From positions 74,453 to 138,452 of the forward strand of contig CAXKVF010000094.1 of NCBI GenBank assembly GCA_964057225.1: a DNA stretch of 64,000 nucleotides, written 5' to 3'. This document shows positions 23,501 through 38,204 of the stretch, one piece after another. The notes under the pieces were generated by a model. That model saw nothing but the letters and a program-made list of their open reading frames with translations, did no database searches and was not told the DNA's origin. The first letter of the stretch is position 1. Each line of letters begins with the position of its first letter. The stretch comes from Auanema rhodensis. Its lineage: Eukaryota > Animalia > Nematoda. The position numbers and the translations under genes are program-made.

Positions 23501-26500
23501 AAGTGCACATCACGTGTACATTTAATTAGCATAAATTAAAGTTCACGTAAATTTCAAAGTCATGGTTACCATGAACCAATATCAATAAAAATTTGTTTTT
23601 AGACTAATATGGACATGGGGAATCTAATTTTGAAAACCGCATCTCTTTATCTTTCACGTGAAGCGAGTTACATACCAAGTGCACATCACGTGTACATTTA
23701 ATTAGCATAAATTAAAGTTCACGTAAATTTCAAAGTCATGGTTACCATGCACCAATATCAATAAAAATTTGTTTTTAGACTAATATGGACATGGGGAATC
23801 TAATTTTGAAAACCGCATCTCTTTATCTTTCACGTGAAGCGAGTTACATACCAAGTGCACATCACGTGTACATTTAATTAGCATAAATTAAAGTTCACGT
23901 AAATTTCAAAGTCATGGTTACCATGCACCAATATCAATAAAAATTTGTTTTTAGACTAATATGGACATGGGGAATCTAATTTTGAAAACCGCATCTCTTT
24001 ATCTTTCACGTGAAGCGAGTTACATACCAAGTGCACATCACGTGTACATTTAATTAGCATAAATTAAAGTTCACGTAAATTTCAAAGTCATGGTTACCAT
24101 GCACCAATATCAATAAAAATTTGTTTTTAGACTAATATGGACATGGGGAATCTAATTTTGAAAACCGCATCTCTTTATCTTTCACGTGAAGCGAGTTACA
24201 TACCAAGTGCACATCACGTGTACATTTAATTAGCATAAATTAAAGTTCACGTAAATTTCAAAGTCATGGTTACCATGAAGCAATATCAATAAAAATTTGT
24301 TTTTAGACTAATATGGACATGGGGAATCTAATTTTGAAAACCGCATCTCTTTATCTTTCACGTGAAGCGAGTTACATACCAAGTGCACATCACGTGTACA
24401 TTTAATTAGCATAAATTAAAGTTCACGTAAATTTCAAAGTCATGGTTACCATGAACCAATATCAATAAAAATTTGTTTTTAGACTAATATGGACATGGGG
24501 AATCTAATTTTGAAAACCGCATCTCTTTATCTTTCACGTGAAGCGAGTTACATACCAAGTGCACATCACGTGTACATTTAATTAGCATAAATTAAAGTTC
24601 ACGTAAATTTCAAAGTCATGGTTACCATGAAGCAATATCAATAAAAATTTGTTTTTAGACTAATATGAACATGGGGAATCTAATTTTGAAAACCGCATCT
24701 CTTTATCTTTCACGTGAAGCGAGTTACATACCAAGTGCACATCACGTGTACATTTAATTAGCATAAATTAAAGTTCACGTAAATTTCAAAGTCATGGTTA
24801 CCATGAACCAATATCAATAAAAATTTGTTTTTAGACTAATATGGACATGGGGAATCTAATTTTGAAAACCGCATCTCTTTATCTTTCACGTGAAGCGAGT
24901 TACATACCAAGTGCACATCACGTGTACATTTAATTAGCATAAATTAAAGTTCACGTAAATTTCAAAGTCATGGTTACCATGAACCAATATCAATAAAAAT
25001 TTGTTTTTAGACTAATATGGACATGGGGAATCTAATTTTGAAAACCGCATCTCTTTATCTTTCACGTGAAGCGAGTTACATACCAAGTGCACATCACGTG
25101 TACATTTAATTAGCATAAATTAAAGTTCACGTAAATTTCAAAGTCATGGTTACCATGCACCAATATCAATAAAAATTTGTTTTTAGACTAATATGGACAT
25201 GGGGAATCTAATTTTGAAAACCGCATCTCTTTATCTTTCACGTGAAGCGAGTTACATACCAAGTGCACATCACGTGTACATTTAATTAGCATAAATTAAA
25301 GTTCACGTAAATTTCAAAGTCATGGTTACCATGCACCAATATCAATAAAAATTTGTTTTTAGACTAATATGGACATGGGGAATCTAATTTTGAAAACCGC
25401 ATCTCTTTATCTTTCACGTGAAGCGAGTTACATACCAAGTGCACATCACGTGTACATTTAATTAGCATAAATTAAAGTTCACGTAAATTTCAAAGTCATG
25501 GTTACCATGAAGCAATATCAATAAAAATTTGTTTTTAGACTAATATGGACATGGGGAATCTAATTTTGAAAACCGCATCTCTTTATCTTTCACGTGAAGC
25601 GAGTTACATACCAAGTGCACATCACGTGTACATTTAATTAGCATAAATTAAAGTTCACGTAAATTTCAAAGTCATGGTTACCATGAACCAATATCAATAA
25701 AAATTTGTTTTTAGACTAATATGGACATGGGGAATCTAATTTTGAAAACCGCATCTCTTTATCTTTCACGTGAAGCGAGTTACATACCAAGTGCACATCA
25801 CGTGTACATTTAATTAGCATAAATTAAAGTTCACGTAAATTTCAAAGTCATGGTTACCATGAAGCAATATCAATAAAAATTTGTTTTTAGACTAATATGA
25901 ACATGGGGAATCTAATTTTGAAAACCGCATCTCTTTATCTTTCACGTGAAGCGAGTTACATACCAAGTGCACATCACGTGTACATTTAATTAGCATAAAT
26001 TAAAGTTCACGTAAATTTCAAAGTCATGGTTACCATGAACCAATATCAATAAAAATTTGTTTTTAGACTAATATGGACATGGGGAATCTAATTTTGAAAA
26101 CCGCATCTCTTTATCTTTCACGTGAAGCGAGTTACATACCAAGTGCACATCACGTGTACATTTAATTAGCATAAATTAAAGTTCACGTAAATTTCAAAGT
26201 CATGGTTACCATGCACCAATATCAATAAAAATTTGTTTTTAGACTAATATGGACATGGGGAATCTAATTTTGAAAACCGCATCTCTTTATCTTTCACGTG
26301 AAGCGAGTTACATACCAAGTGCACATCACGTGTACATTTAATTAGCATAAATTAAAGTTCACGTAAATTTCAAAGTCATGGTTACCATGAACCAATATCA
26401 ATAAAAATTTGTTTTTAGACTAATATGGACATGGGGAATCTAATTTTGAAAACCGCATCTCTTTATCTTTCACGTGAAGCGAGTTACATACCAAGTGCAC

Positions 26501-29500
26501 ATCACGTGTACATTTAATTAGCATAAATTAAAGTTCACGTAAATTTCAAAGTCATGGTTACCATGCACCAATATCAATAACAATTTGTTTTTAGACTAAT
26601 ATGGACATGGGGAATCTAATTTTGAAAACCGCATCTCTTTATCTTTCACGTGAAGCGAGTTACATACCAAGTGCACATCACGTGTACATTTAATTAGCAT
26701 AAATTAAAGTTCACGTAAATTTCAAAGTCATGGTTACCATGCACCAATATCAATAAAAATTTGTTTTTAGACTAATATGGACATGGGGAATCTAATTTTG
26801 AAAACCGCATCTCTTTATCTTTCACGTGAAGCGAGTTACATACCAAGTGCACATCACGTGTACATTTAATTAGCATAAATTAAAGTTCACGTAAATTTCA
26901 AAGTCATGGTTACCATGAAGCAATATCAATAAAAATTTGTTTTTAGACTAATATGGACATGGGGAATCTAATTTTGAAAACCGCATCTCTTTATCTTTTA
27001 CGTGAAGCGAGTTACATACCAAGTGCACATCACGTGTACATTTAATTAGCATAAATTAAAGTTCACGTAAATTTCAAAGTCATGGTTACCATGCACCAAT
27101 ATCAATAAAAATTTGTTTTTAGACTAATATGGACATGGGGAATCTAATTTTGAAAACCGCATCTCTTTATCTTTCACGTGAAGCGAGTTACATACCAAGT
27201 GCACATCACGTGTACATTTAATTAGCATAAATTAAAGTTCACGTAAATTTCAAAGTCATGGTTACCATGAACCAATATCAATAAAAATTTGTTTTTAGAC
27301 TAATATGGACATGGGGAATCTAATTTTGAAAACCGCATCTCTTTATCTTTCACGTGAAGCGAGTTACATACCAAGTGCACATCACGTGTACATTTAATTA
27401 GCATAAATTAAAGTTCACGTAAATTTCAAAGTCATGGTTACCATGAAGCAATATCAATAAAAATTTGTTTTTAGACTAATATGGACATGGGGAATCTAAT
27501 TTTGAAAACCGCATCTCTTTATCTTTCACGTGAAGCGAGTTACATACCAAGTGCACATCACGTGTACATTTAATTAGCATAAATTAAAGTTCACGTAAAT
27601 TTCAAAGTCATGGTTACCATGCACCAATATCAATAAAAATTTGTTTTTAGACTAATATGGACATGGGGAATCTAATTTTGAAAACCGCATCTCTTTATCT
27701 TTTACGTGAAGCGAGTTACATACCAAGTGCACATCACGTGTACATTTAATTAGCATAAATTAAAGTTCACGTAAAATTCAAAGTCATGGTTACCATGCAC
27801 CAATATCAATAAAAATTTGTTTTTAGACTAATATGGACATGGGGAATCTAATTTTGAAAACCGCATCTCTTTATCTTTTACGTGAAGCGAGTTACATACC
27901 GAGTGCACATCACGTGTACATTTAATTAGCATAAATTAAAGTTCACGTAAATTTCAAAGTCATGGTTACCATGCACCAATATCAATAAAAATTTGTTTTT
28001 AGACTAATATGGACATGGGGAATCTAATTTTGAAAACCGCATCTCTTTATCTTTCACGTGAAGCGAGTTACATACCAAGTGCACATCACGTGTACATTTA
28101 ATTAGCATAAATTAAAGTTCACGTAAATTTCAAAGTCATGGTTACCATGCACCAATATCAATAAAAATTTGTTTTTAGACTAATATGGACATGGGGAATC
28201 TAATTTTGAAAACCGCATCTCTTTATCTTTCACGTGAAGCGAGTTACATACCAACATCACGTGTACATTTAATTAGCATAAATTAAAGTTCACGTAAATT
28301 TCAAAGTCGTGGTTACCATGCACCAATATCAATAAAAATTCGTTTTTAGACTAATATGGACATGGGGAATCTAATTTTGAAAACCGCATCTCTTTATCTT
28401 TCACGTGAAGCGAGTTACATACCAAGTGCACATCACGTGTACATTTAATTAGCATAAATTAAAGTTCACGTAAATTTCAAAGTCATGGTTACCATGCACC
28501 AATATCAATAAAAATTTGTTTTTAGACTAATATGGACATGGGGAATCTAATTTTGAAAACCGCATCTCTTTATCTTTCACGTGAAGCGAGTTACATACCA
28601 AGTGCACATCACGTGTACATTTAATTAGCATAAATTAAAGTTCACGTAAAATTCAAAGTCATGGTTACCATGAACCAATATCAATAAAAATTTGTTTTTA
28701 GACTAATATGGACATGGGGAATCTAATTTTAAAAACCGCATCTCTTTATCTTTCACGTGAAGCGAGTTACATACCAAGTGCACATCACGTGTACATTTAA
28801 TTAGCATAAATTAAAGTTCACGTAAATTTCAAAGTCATGGTTACCATGCACCAATATCAATAAAAATTTGTTTTTAGACTAATATGGACATGGGGAATCT
28901 AATTTTGAAAACCGCATCTCTTTATCTTTCACGTGAAGCGAGTTACATACCAAGTGCACATCACGTGTACATTTAATTAGCATAAATTAAAGTTCACGTA
29001 AATTTCAAAGTCATGGTTACCATGCACCAATATCAATAAAAATTTGTTTTTAGACTAATATGGACATGGGGAATCTAATTTTGAAAACCGCATCTCTTTA
29101 TCTTTCACGTGAAGCGAGTTACATACCAAGTGCACATCACGTGTACATTTAATTAGCATAAATTAAAGTTCACGTAAATTTCAAAGTCATGGTTACCATG
29201 AAGCAATATCAATAAAAATTTGTTTTTAGATTAATATGGACATGGGGAATCTAATTTTGAAAACCGCATCTCTTTATCTTTCTCGTGAAGCGAGTTACAT
29301 ACCAAGTGCACATCACGTGTACATTTAATTAGCATAAATTAAAGTTCACGTAAATTTCAAAGTCATGGTTACCATGAACCAATATCAATAAAAATTTGTT
29401 TTTAGACTAATATGGACATGGGGAATCTAATTTTGAAAACCGCATCTCTTTATCTTTCACGTGAAGCGAGTTACATACCAAGTGCACATCACGTGTACAT

Positions 29501-32500
29501 TTAATTAGCATAAATTAAAGTTCACGTAAATTTCAAAGTCATGGTTACCATGCACCAATATCAATAAAAATTTGTTTTTAGACTAATATGGACATGGGGA
29601 ATCTAATTTTGAAAACCGCATCTCTTTATCTTTCACGTGAAGCGAGTTACATACCAAGTGCACATCACGTGTACATTTAATTAGCATAAATTAAAGTTCA
29701 CGTAAAATTCAAAGTCATGGTTACCATGAACCAATATCAATAAAAATTTGTTTTTAGACTAATATGGACATGGGGAATCTAATTTTAAAAACCGCATCTC
29801 TTTATCTTTCACGTGAAGCGAGTTACATACCAAGTGCACATCACGTGTACATTTAATTAGCATAAATTAAAGTTCACGTAAATTTCAAAGTCATGGTTAC
29901 CATGCACCAATATCAATAAAAATTTGTTTTTAGACTAATATGGACATGGGGAATCTAATTTTGAAAACCGCATCTCTTTATCTTTCACGTGAAGCGAGTT
30001 ACATACCAAGTGCACATCACGTGTACATTTAATTAGCATAAATTAAAGTTCACGTAAATTTCAAAGTCATGGTTACCATGCACCAATATCAATAAAAATT
30101 TGTTTTTAGACTAATATGGACATGGGGAATCTAATTTTGAAAACCGCATCTCTTTATCTTTCACGTGAAGCGAGTTACATACCAACATCACGTGTACATT
30201 TAATTAGCATAATTTAAAGTTCACGTAAATTTCAAAGTCGTGGTTACCATGCACCAATATCAATAAAAATTCGTTTTTAGACTAATATGGACATGGGGAA
30301 TCTAATTTTGAAAACCGCATCTCTTTATCTTTCACGTGAAGCGAGTTACATACCAAGTGCACATCACGTGTACATTTAATTAGCATAAATTAAAGTTCAC
30401 GTAAATTTCAAAGTCATGGTTACCATGCACCAATATCAATAAAAATTTGTTTTTAGACTAATATGGACATGGGGAATCTAATTTTGAAAACCGCATCTCT
30501 TTATCTTTCACGTGAAGCGAGTTACATACCAAGTGCACATCACGTGTACATTTAATTAGCATAAATTAAAGTTCACGTAAAATTCAAAGTCATGGTTACC
30601 ATGAACCAATATCAATAAAAATTTGTTTTTAGACTAATATGGACATGGGGAATCTAATTTTAAAAACCGCATCTCTTTATCTTTCACGTGAAGCGAGTTA
30701 CATACCAAGTGCACATCACGTGTACATTTAATTAGCATAAATTAAAGTTCACGTAAATTTCAAAGTCATGGTTACCATGCACCAATATCAATAAAAATTT
30801 GTTTTTAGACTAATATGGACATGGGGAATCTAATTTTGAAAACCGCATCTCTTTATCTTTCACGTGAAGCGAGTTACATACCAAGTGCACATCACGTGTA
30901 CATTTAATTAGCATAAATTAAAGTTCACGTAAATTTCAAAGTCATGGTTACCATGCACCAATATCAATAAAAATTTGTTTTTAGACTAATATGGACATGG
31001 GGAATCTAATTTTGAAAACCGCATCTCTTTATCTTTCACGTGAAGCGAGTTACATACCAAGTGCACATCACGTGTACATTTAATTAGCATAAATTAAAGT
31101 TCACGTAAATTTCAAAGTCATGGTTACCATGAAGCAATATCAATAAAAATTTGTTTTTAGATTAATATGGACATGGGGAATCTAATTTTGAAAACCGCAT
31201 CTCTTTATCTTTCACGTGAAGCGAGTTACATACCAAGTGCACATCACGTGTACATTTAATTAGCATAAATTAAAGTTCACGTAAATTTCAAAGTCATGGT
31301 TACCATGAACCAATATCAATAAAAATTTGTTTTTAGACTAATATGGACATGGGGAATCTAATTTTGAAAACCGCATCTCTTTATCTTTCACGTGAAGCGA
31401 GTTACATACCAAGTGCACATCACGTGTACATTTAATTAGCATAAATTAAAGTTCACGTAAATTTCAAAGTCATGGTTACCATGCACCAATATCAATAAAA
31501 ATTTGTTTTTAGACTAATATGGACATGGGGAATCTAATTTTGAAAACCGCATCTCTTTATCTTTCACGTGAAGCGAGTTACATACCAAGTGCACATCACG
31601 TGTACATTTAATTAGCATAAATTAAAGTTCACGTAAAATTCAAAGTCATGGTTACCATGAACCAATATCAATAAAAATTTGTTTTTAGACTAATATGGAC
31701 ATGGGGAATCTAATTTTAAAAACCGCATCTCTTTATCTTTCACGTGAAGCGAGTTACATACCAAGTGCACATCACGTGTACATTTAATTAGCATAAATTA
31801 AAGTTCACGTAAATTTCAAAGTCATGGTTACCATGCACCAATATCAATAAAAATTTGTTTTTAGACTAATATGGACATGGGGAATCTAATTTTGAAAACC
31901 GCATCTCTTTATCTTTCACGTGAAGCGAGTTACATACCAAGTGCACATCACGTGTACATTTAATTAGCATAAATTAAAGTTCACGTAAATTTCAAAGTCA
32001 TGGTTACCATGCACCAATATCAATAAAAATTTGTTTTTAGACTAATATGGACATGGGGAATCTAATTTTGAAAACCGCATCTCTTTATCTTTCACGTGAA
32101 GCGAGTTACATACCAAGTGCACATCACGTGTACATTTAATTAGCATAAATTAAAGTTCACGTAAATTTCAAAGTCATGGTTACCATGAAGCAATATCAAT
32201 AAAAATTTGTTTTTAGACTAATATGGAAATGGGGAATCTAATTTTGAAAACCGCATCTCTTTATCTTTCACGTGAAGCGAGTTACATACCAAGTGCACAT
32301 CACGTGTACATTTAATTAGCATAAATTAAAGTTCACGTAAATTTCAAAGTCATGGTTACCATGAAGCAATATCAATAAAAATTTGTTTTTAGACTAATAT
32401 GGACATGGAAAATCTAATTTTGAAAACCGCATCTCTTTATCTTTCACGTGAAGCGAGTTACATACCAAGTGCACATCACGTGTACATTTAATTAGCATAA

Positions 32501-35500
32501 ATTAAAGTTCACGTAAATTTCAAAGTCATGGTTACCATGAACCAATATCAATAAAAATTTGTTTTTAGACTAATATGGACATGGGGAATCTAATTTTGAA
32601 AACCGCATCTCTTTATCTTTCACGTGAAGCGAGTTACATACCAAGTGCACATCACGTGTACATTTAATTAGCATAAATTAAAGTTCACGTAAATTTCAAA
32701 GTCATGGTTACCATGAACCAATATCAATAAAAATTTGTTTTTAGACTAATATGGACATGGGGAATCTAATTTTGAAAACCGCATCTCTTTATCTTTCACG
32801 TGAAGCGAGTTACATACCAAGTGCACATCACGTGTACATTTAATTAGCATAAATTAAAGTTCACGTAAATTTCAAAGTCATGGTTACCATGCACCAATAT
32901 CAATAAAAATTTGTTTTTAGACTAATATGGACATGGGGAATCTAATTTTGAAAACCGCATCTCTTTATCTTTCACGTGAAGCGAGTTACATACCAAGTGC
33001 ACATCACGTGTACATTTAATTAGCATAAATTAAAGTTCACGTAAATTTCAAAGTCATGGTTACCATGAACCAATATCAATAAAAATTTGTTTTTAGACTA
33101 ATATGGACATGGGGAATCTAATTTTAAAAACCGCATCTCTTTATCTTTCACGTGAAGCGAGTTACATACCAAGTGCACATCACGTGTACATTTAATTAGC
33201 ATAAATTAAAGTTCACGTAAATTTCAAAGTCATGGTTACCATGCACCAATATCAATAAAAATTTGTTTTTAGACTAATATGGACATGGGGAATCTAATTT
33301 TGAAAACCGCATCTCTTTATCTTTCACGTGAAGCGAGTTACATACCAAGTGCACATCACGTGTACATTTAATTAGCATAAATTAAAGTTCACGTAAATTT
33401 CAAAGTCATGGTTACCATGCACCAATATCAATAAAAATTTGTTTTTAGACTAATATGGACATGGGGAATCTAATTTTGAAAACCGCATCTCTTTATCTTT
33501 CACGTGAAGCGAGTTACATACCAAGTGCACATCACGTGTACATTTAATTAGCATAAATTAAAGTTCACGTAAATTTCAAAGTCATGGTTACCATGAAGCA
33601 ATATCAATAAAAATTTGTTTTTAGACTAATATGGAAATGGGGAATCTAATTTTGAAAACCGCATCTCTTTATCTTTCACGTGAAGCGAGTTACATACCAA
33701 GTGCACATCACGTGTACATTTAATTAGCATAAATTAAAGTTCACGTAAATTTCAAAGTCATGGTTACCATGAAGCAATATCAATAAAAATTTGTTTTTAG
33801 ACTAATATGGACATGGAAAATCTAATTTTGAAAACCGCATCTCTTTATCTTTCACGTGAAGCGAGTTACATACCAAGTGCACATCACGTGTACATTTAAT
33901 TAGCATAAATTAAAGTTCACGTAAATTTCAAAGTCATGGTTACCATGAACCAATATCAATAAAAATTTGTTTTTAGACTAATATGGACATGGGGAATCTA
34001 ATTTTGAAAACCGCATCTCTTTATCTTTCACGTGAAGCGAGTTACATACCAAGTGCACATCACGTGTACATTTAATTAGCATAAATTAAAGTTCACGTAA
34101 ATTTCAAAGTCATGGTTACCATGAAGCAATATCAATAAAAATTTGTTTTTAGACTAATATGGACATGGGGAATCTAATTTTGAAAACCGCATCTCTTTAT
34201 CTTTCACGTGAAGCGAGTTACATACCAAGTGCACATCACGTGTACATTTAATTAGCATAAATTAAAGTTCACGTAAAATTCAAAGTCATGGTTACCATGA
34301 ACCAATATCAATAAAAATTTGTTTTTAGACTAATATGGACATGGGGAATCTAATTTTAAAAACCGCATCTCTTTATCTTTCACGTGAAGCGAGTTACATA
34401 CCAAGTGCACATCACGTGTACATTTAATTAGCATAAATTAAAGTTCACGTAAATTTCAAAGTCATGGTTACCATGCACCAATATCAATAAAAATTTGTTT
34501 TTAGACTAATATGGACATGGGGAATCTAATTTTGAAAACCGCATCTCTTTATCTTTCACGTGAAGCGAGTTACATACCAAGTGCACATCACGTGTACATT
34601 TAATTAGCATAAATTAAAGTTCACGTAAATTTCAAAGTCATGGTTACCATGCACCAATATCAATAAAAATTTGTTTTTAGACTAATATGGACATGGGGAA
34701 TCTAATTTTGAAAACCGCATCTCTTTATCTTTCACGTGAAGCGAGTTACATACCAAGTGCACATCACGTGTACATTTAATTAGCATAAATTAAAGTTCAC
34801 GTAAATTTCAAAGTCATGGTTACCATGAAGCAATATCAATAAAAATTTGTTTTTAGACTAATATGGAAATGGGGAATCTAATTTTGAAAACCGCATCTCT
34901 TTATCTTTCACGTGAAGCGAGTTACATACCAAGTGCACATCACGTGTACATTTAATTAGCATAAATTAAAGTTCACGTAAATTTCAAAGTCATGGTTACC
35001 ATGAAGCAATATCAATAAAAATTTGTTTTTAGACTAATATGGACATGGAAAATCTAATTTTGAAAACCGCATCTCTTTATCTTTCACGTGAAGCGAGTTA
35101 CATACCAAGTGCACATCACGTGTACATTTAATTAGCATAAATTAAAGTTCACGTAAATTTCAAAGTCATGGTTACCATGAACCAATATCAATAAAAATTT
35201 GTTTTTAGACTAATATGGACATGGGGAATCTAATTTTGAAAACCGCATCTCTTTATCTTTCACGTGAAGCGAGTTACATACCAAGTGCACATCACGTGTA
35301 CATTTAATTAGCATAAATTAAAGTTCACGTAAATTTCAAAGTCATGGTTACCATGAACCAATATCAATAAAAATTTGTTTTTAGACTAATATGGACATGG
35401 GGAATCTAATTTTGAAAACCGCATCTCTTTATCTTTCACGTGAAGCGAGTTACATACCAAGTGCACATCACGTGTACATTTAATTAGCATAAATTAAAGT

Positions 35501-37585
35501 TCACGTAAATTTCAAAGTCATGGTTACCATGCACCAATATCAATAAAAATTTGTTTTTAGACTAATATGGACATGGGGAATCTAATTTTGAAAACCGCAT
35601 CTCTTTATCTTTCACGTGAAGCGAGTTACATACCAAGTGCACATCACGTGTACATTTAATTAGCATAAATTAAAGTTCACGTAAATTTCAAAGTCATGGT
35701 TACCATGAACCAATATCAATAAAAATTTGTTTTTAGACTAATATGGACATGGGGAATCTAATTTTAAAAACCGCATCTCTTTATCTTTCACGTGAAGCGA
35801 GTTACATACCAAGTGCACATCACGTGTACATTTAATTAGCATAAATTAAAGTTCACGTAAATTTCAAAGTCATGGTTACCATGCACCAATATCAATAAAA
35901 ATTTGTTTTTAGACTAATATGGACATGGGGAATCTAATTTTGAAAACCGCATCTCTTTATCTTTCACGTGAAGCGAGTTACATACCAAGTGCACATCACG
36001 TGTACATTTAATTAGCATAAATTAAAGTTCACGTAAATTTCAAAGTCATGGTTACCATGCACCAATATCAATAAAAATTTGTTTTTAGACTAATATGGAC
36101 ATGGGGAATCTAATTTTGAAAACCGCATCTCTTTATCTTTCACGTGAAGCGAGTTACATACCAAGTGCACATCACGTGTACATTTAATTAGCATAAATTA
36201 AAGTTCACGTAAATTTCAAAGTCATGGTTACCATGAAGCAATATCAATAAAAATTTGTTTTTAGACTAATATGGAAATGGGGAATCTAATTTTGAAAACC
36301 GCATCTCTTTATCTTTCACGTGAAGCGAGTTACATACCAAGTGCACATCACGTGTACATTTAATTAGCATAAATTAAAGTTCACGTAAATTTCAAAGTCA
36401 TGGTTACCATGAAGCAATATCAATAAAAATTTGTTTTTAGACTAATATGGACATGGAAAATCTAATTTTGAAAACCGCATCTCTTTATCTTTCACGTGAA
36501 GCGAGTTACATACCAAGTGCACATCACGTGTACATTTAATTAGCATAAATTAAAGTTCACGTAAATTTCAAAGTCATGGTTACCATGAACCAATATCAAT
36601 AAAAATTTGTTTTTAGACTAATATGGACATGGGGAATCTAATTTTGAAAACCGCATCTCTTTATCTTTCACGTGAAGCGAGTTACATACCAAGTGCACAT
36701 CACGTGTACATTTAATTAGCATAAATTAAAGTTCACGTAAATTTCAAAGTCATGGTTACCATGCACCAATATCAATAAAAATTTGTTTTTAGACTAATAT
36801 GGACATGGGGAATCTAATTTTGAAAACCGCATCTCTTTATCTTTCACGTGAAGCGAGTTACATACCAAGTGCACATCACGTGTACATTTAATTAGCATAA
36901 ATTAAAGTTCACGTAAAATTCAAATTCATGGTTACCATGCACCAATATCAATAAAAATTTGTTTTTAGACTAATATGGACATGGGGAATCTAATTTTGAA
37001 AACCGCATCTCTTTATCTTTTACGTGAAGCGAGTTACATACCAAGTGCACATCACGTGTACATTTAATTAGCATAAATTAAAGTTCACGTAAATTTCAAA
37101 GTCATGGTTACCATGCACCAATATCAATAAAAATTTGTTTTTAGACTAATATGGACATGGGGAATCTAATTTTGAAAACCGCATCTCTTTATCTTTCACG
37201 TGAAGCGAGTTACATACCAAGTGCACATCACGTGTACATTTAATTAGCATAAATTAAAGTTCACGTAAATTTCAAAGTCATGGTTACCATGCACCAATAT
37301 CAATAAAAATTTGTTTTTAGACTAATATGGACATGGGGAATCTAATTTTGAAAACCGCATCTCTTTATCTTTCACGTGAAGCGAGTTACATACCAAGTGC
37401 ACATCACGTGTACATTTAATTAGCATAAATTAAAGTTCACGTAAATTTCAAAGTCATGGTTACCATGAAGCAATATCAATAAAAATTTGTTTTTAGACTA
37501 ATATGGAAATGGGGAATCTAATTTTGAAAACCGCATCTCTTTATCTTTCACGTGAAGCGGGTTACATACCAAGTGCACATCACGT
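17549..37585. repeat. 176-bp satellite array, block 2 (~114 monomers)
   Basis: Same monomer and orientation; resumes in phase after the TSD; two monomers carry a 5-bp deletion (~28255 and ~30186). Confidence 0.99.
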
Positions 37586-37590
37586 CACGA

Positions 37591-37760
37591 ATTATCTTCC
37601 TTTTGAAATTATCTTCCTTTTGAATTGATCTTCCTTTTGAAATTATCTTCCTTTTGAATTGATCTTCCTTTTGAAATTATCTTCCTTTTGAAATTATCTT
37701 CCTTTTGAAATTATCTTCCTTTTGAAATTATCTTCCTTTTGAAATTATCTTCCTTTTGAA
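37591..37760. repeat. 10-copy 17-bp tandem array ATTATCTTCCTTTTGAA at the 5' truncation point of element B
   Basis: Units start at 37591, 37608, 37625 ... 37744; units 3 and 5 begin TTGATC; the last unit runs directly into ORF1 (TAT CTT CCT TTT GAA ATT CAA = YLPFEIQ). Confidence 0.97.
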
Positions 37761-38204
37761 ATTCAACTGGAAAACAACCTTCGCGAGGAAGCAAAAGAAA
37801 AAAACAAAAACAACACTAAGTCTGTCTTTTTGGTACGAGATCTTCGACTTATTGAAGTTTCCCGCAATCCAGCCGATCCTCCAAACCCTCAAATAGCTCC
37901 CACTTCTTCTTGTAATCAAACTCCTAAAATACCATCTATTCACAACGTTCCATTACCAACACTCCATTCTCAAACTCTCACATCCCCAACTCTTTTTTCT
38001 AGCCCCCCTTGTAAATCTGGTAGAATGAGCCGGTCGAAGGAAAGACAGAACCGCACGTCAAAAGACAAGCGTTCTTCTGTTAGCCCAAGACGTCGCAAAA
38101 ATCCACCACGATCCGCAAAATTAACCACAGATCAAATTACCAGATCTGTTAGCATGAACAATACATCTCAACGTCTCACGTCTGACAAAATGTCCTTTCG
38201 TTAA
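37746..38204 (+). pseudogene. Element B ORF1, C-terminal remnant (5'-truncated)
   Basis: YLPFEIQLENNLREEAKEKNKNNTKSVFLVRDLRLIEV aligns with element A DYLPFEIELEKNLRKEAKIKNENNTEKTFLVRDLKIIEV; ends MSFR*. Confidence 0.9.
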
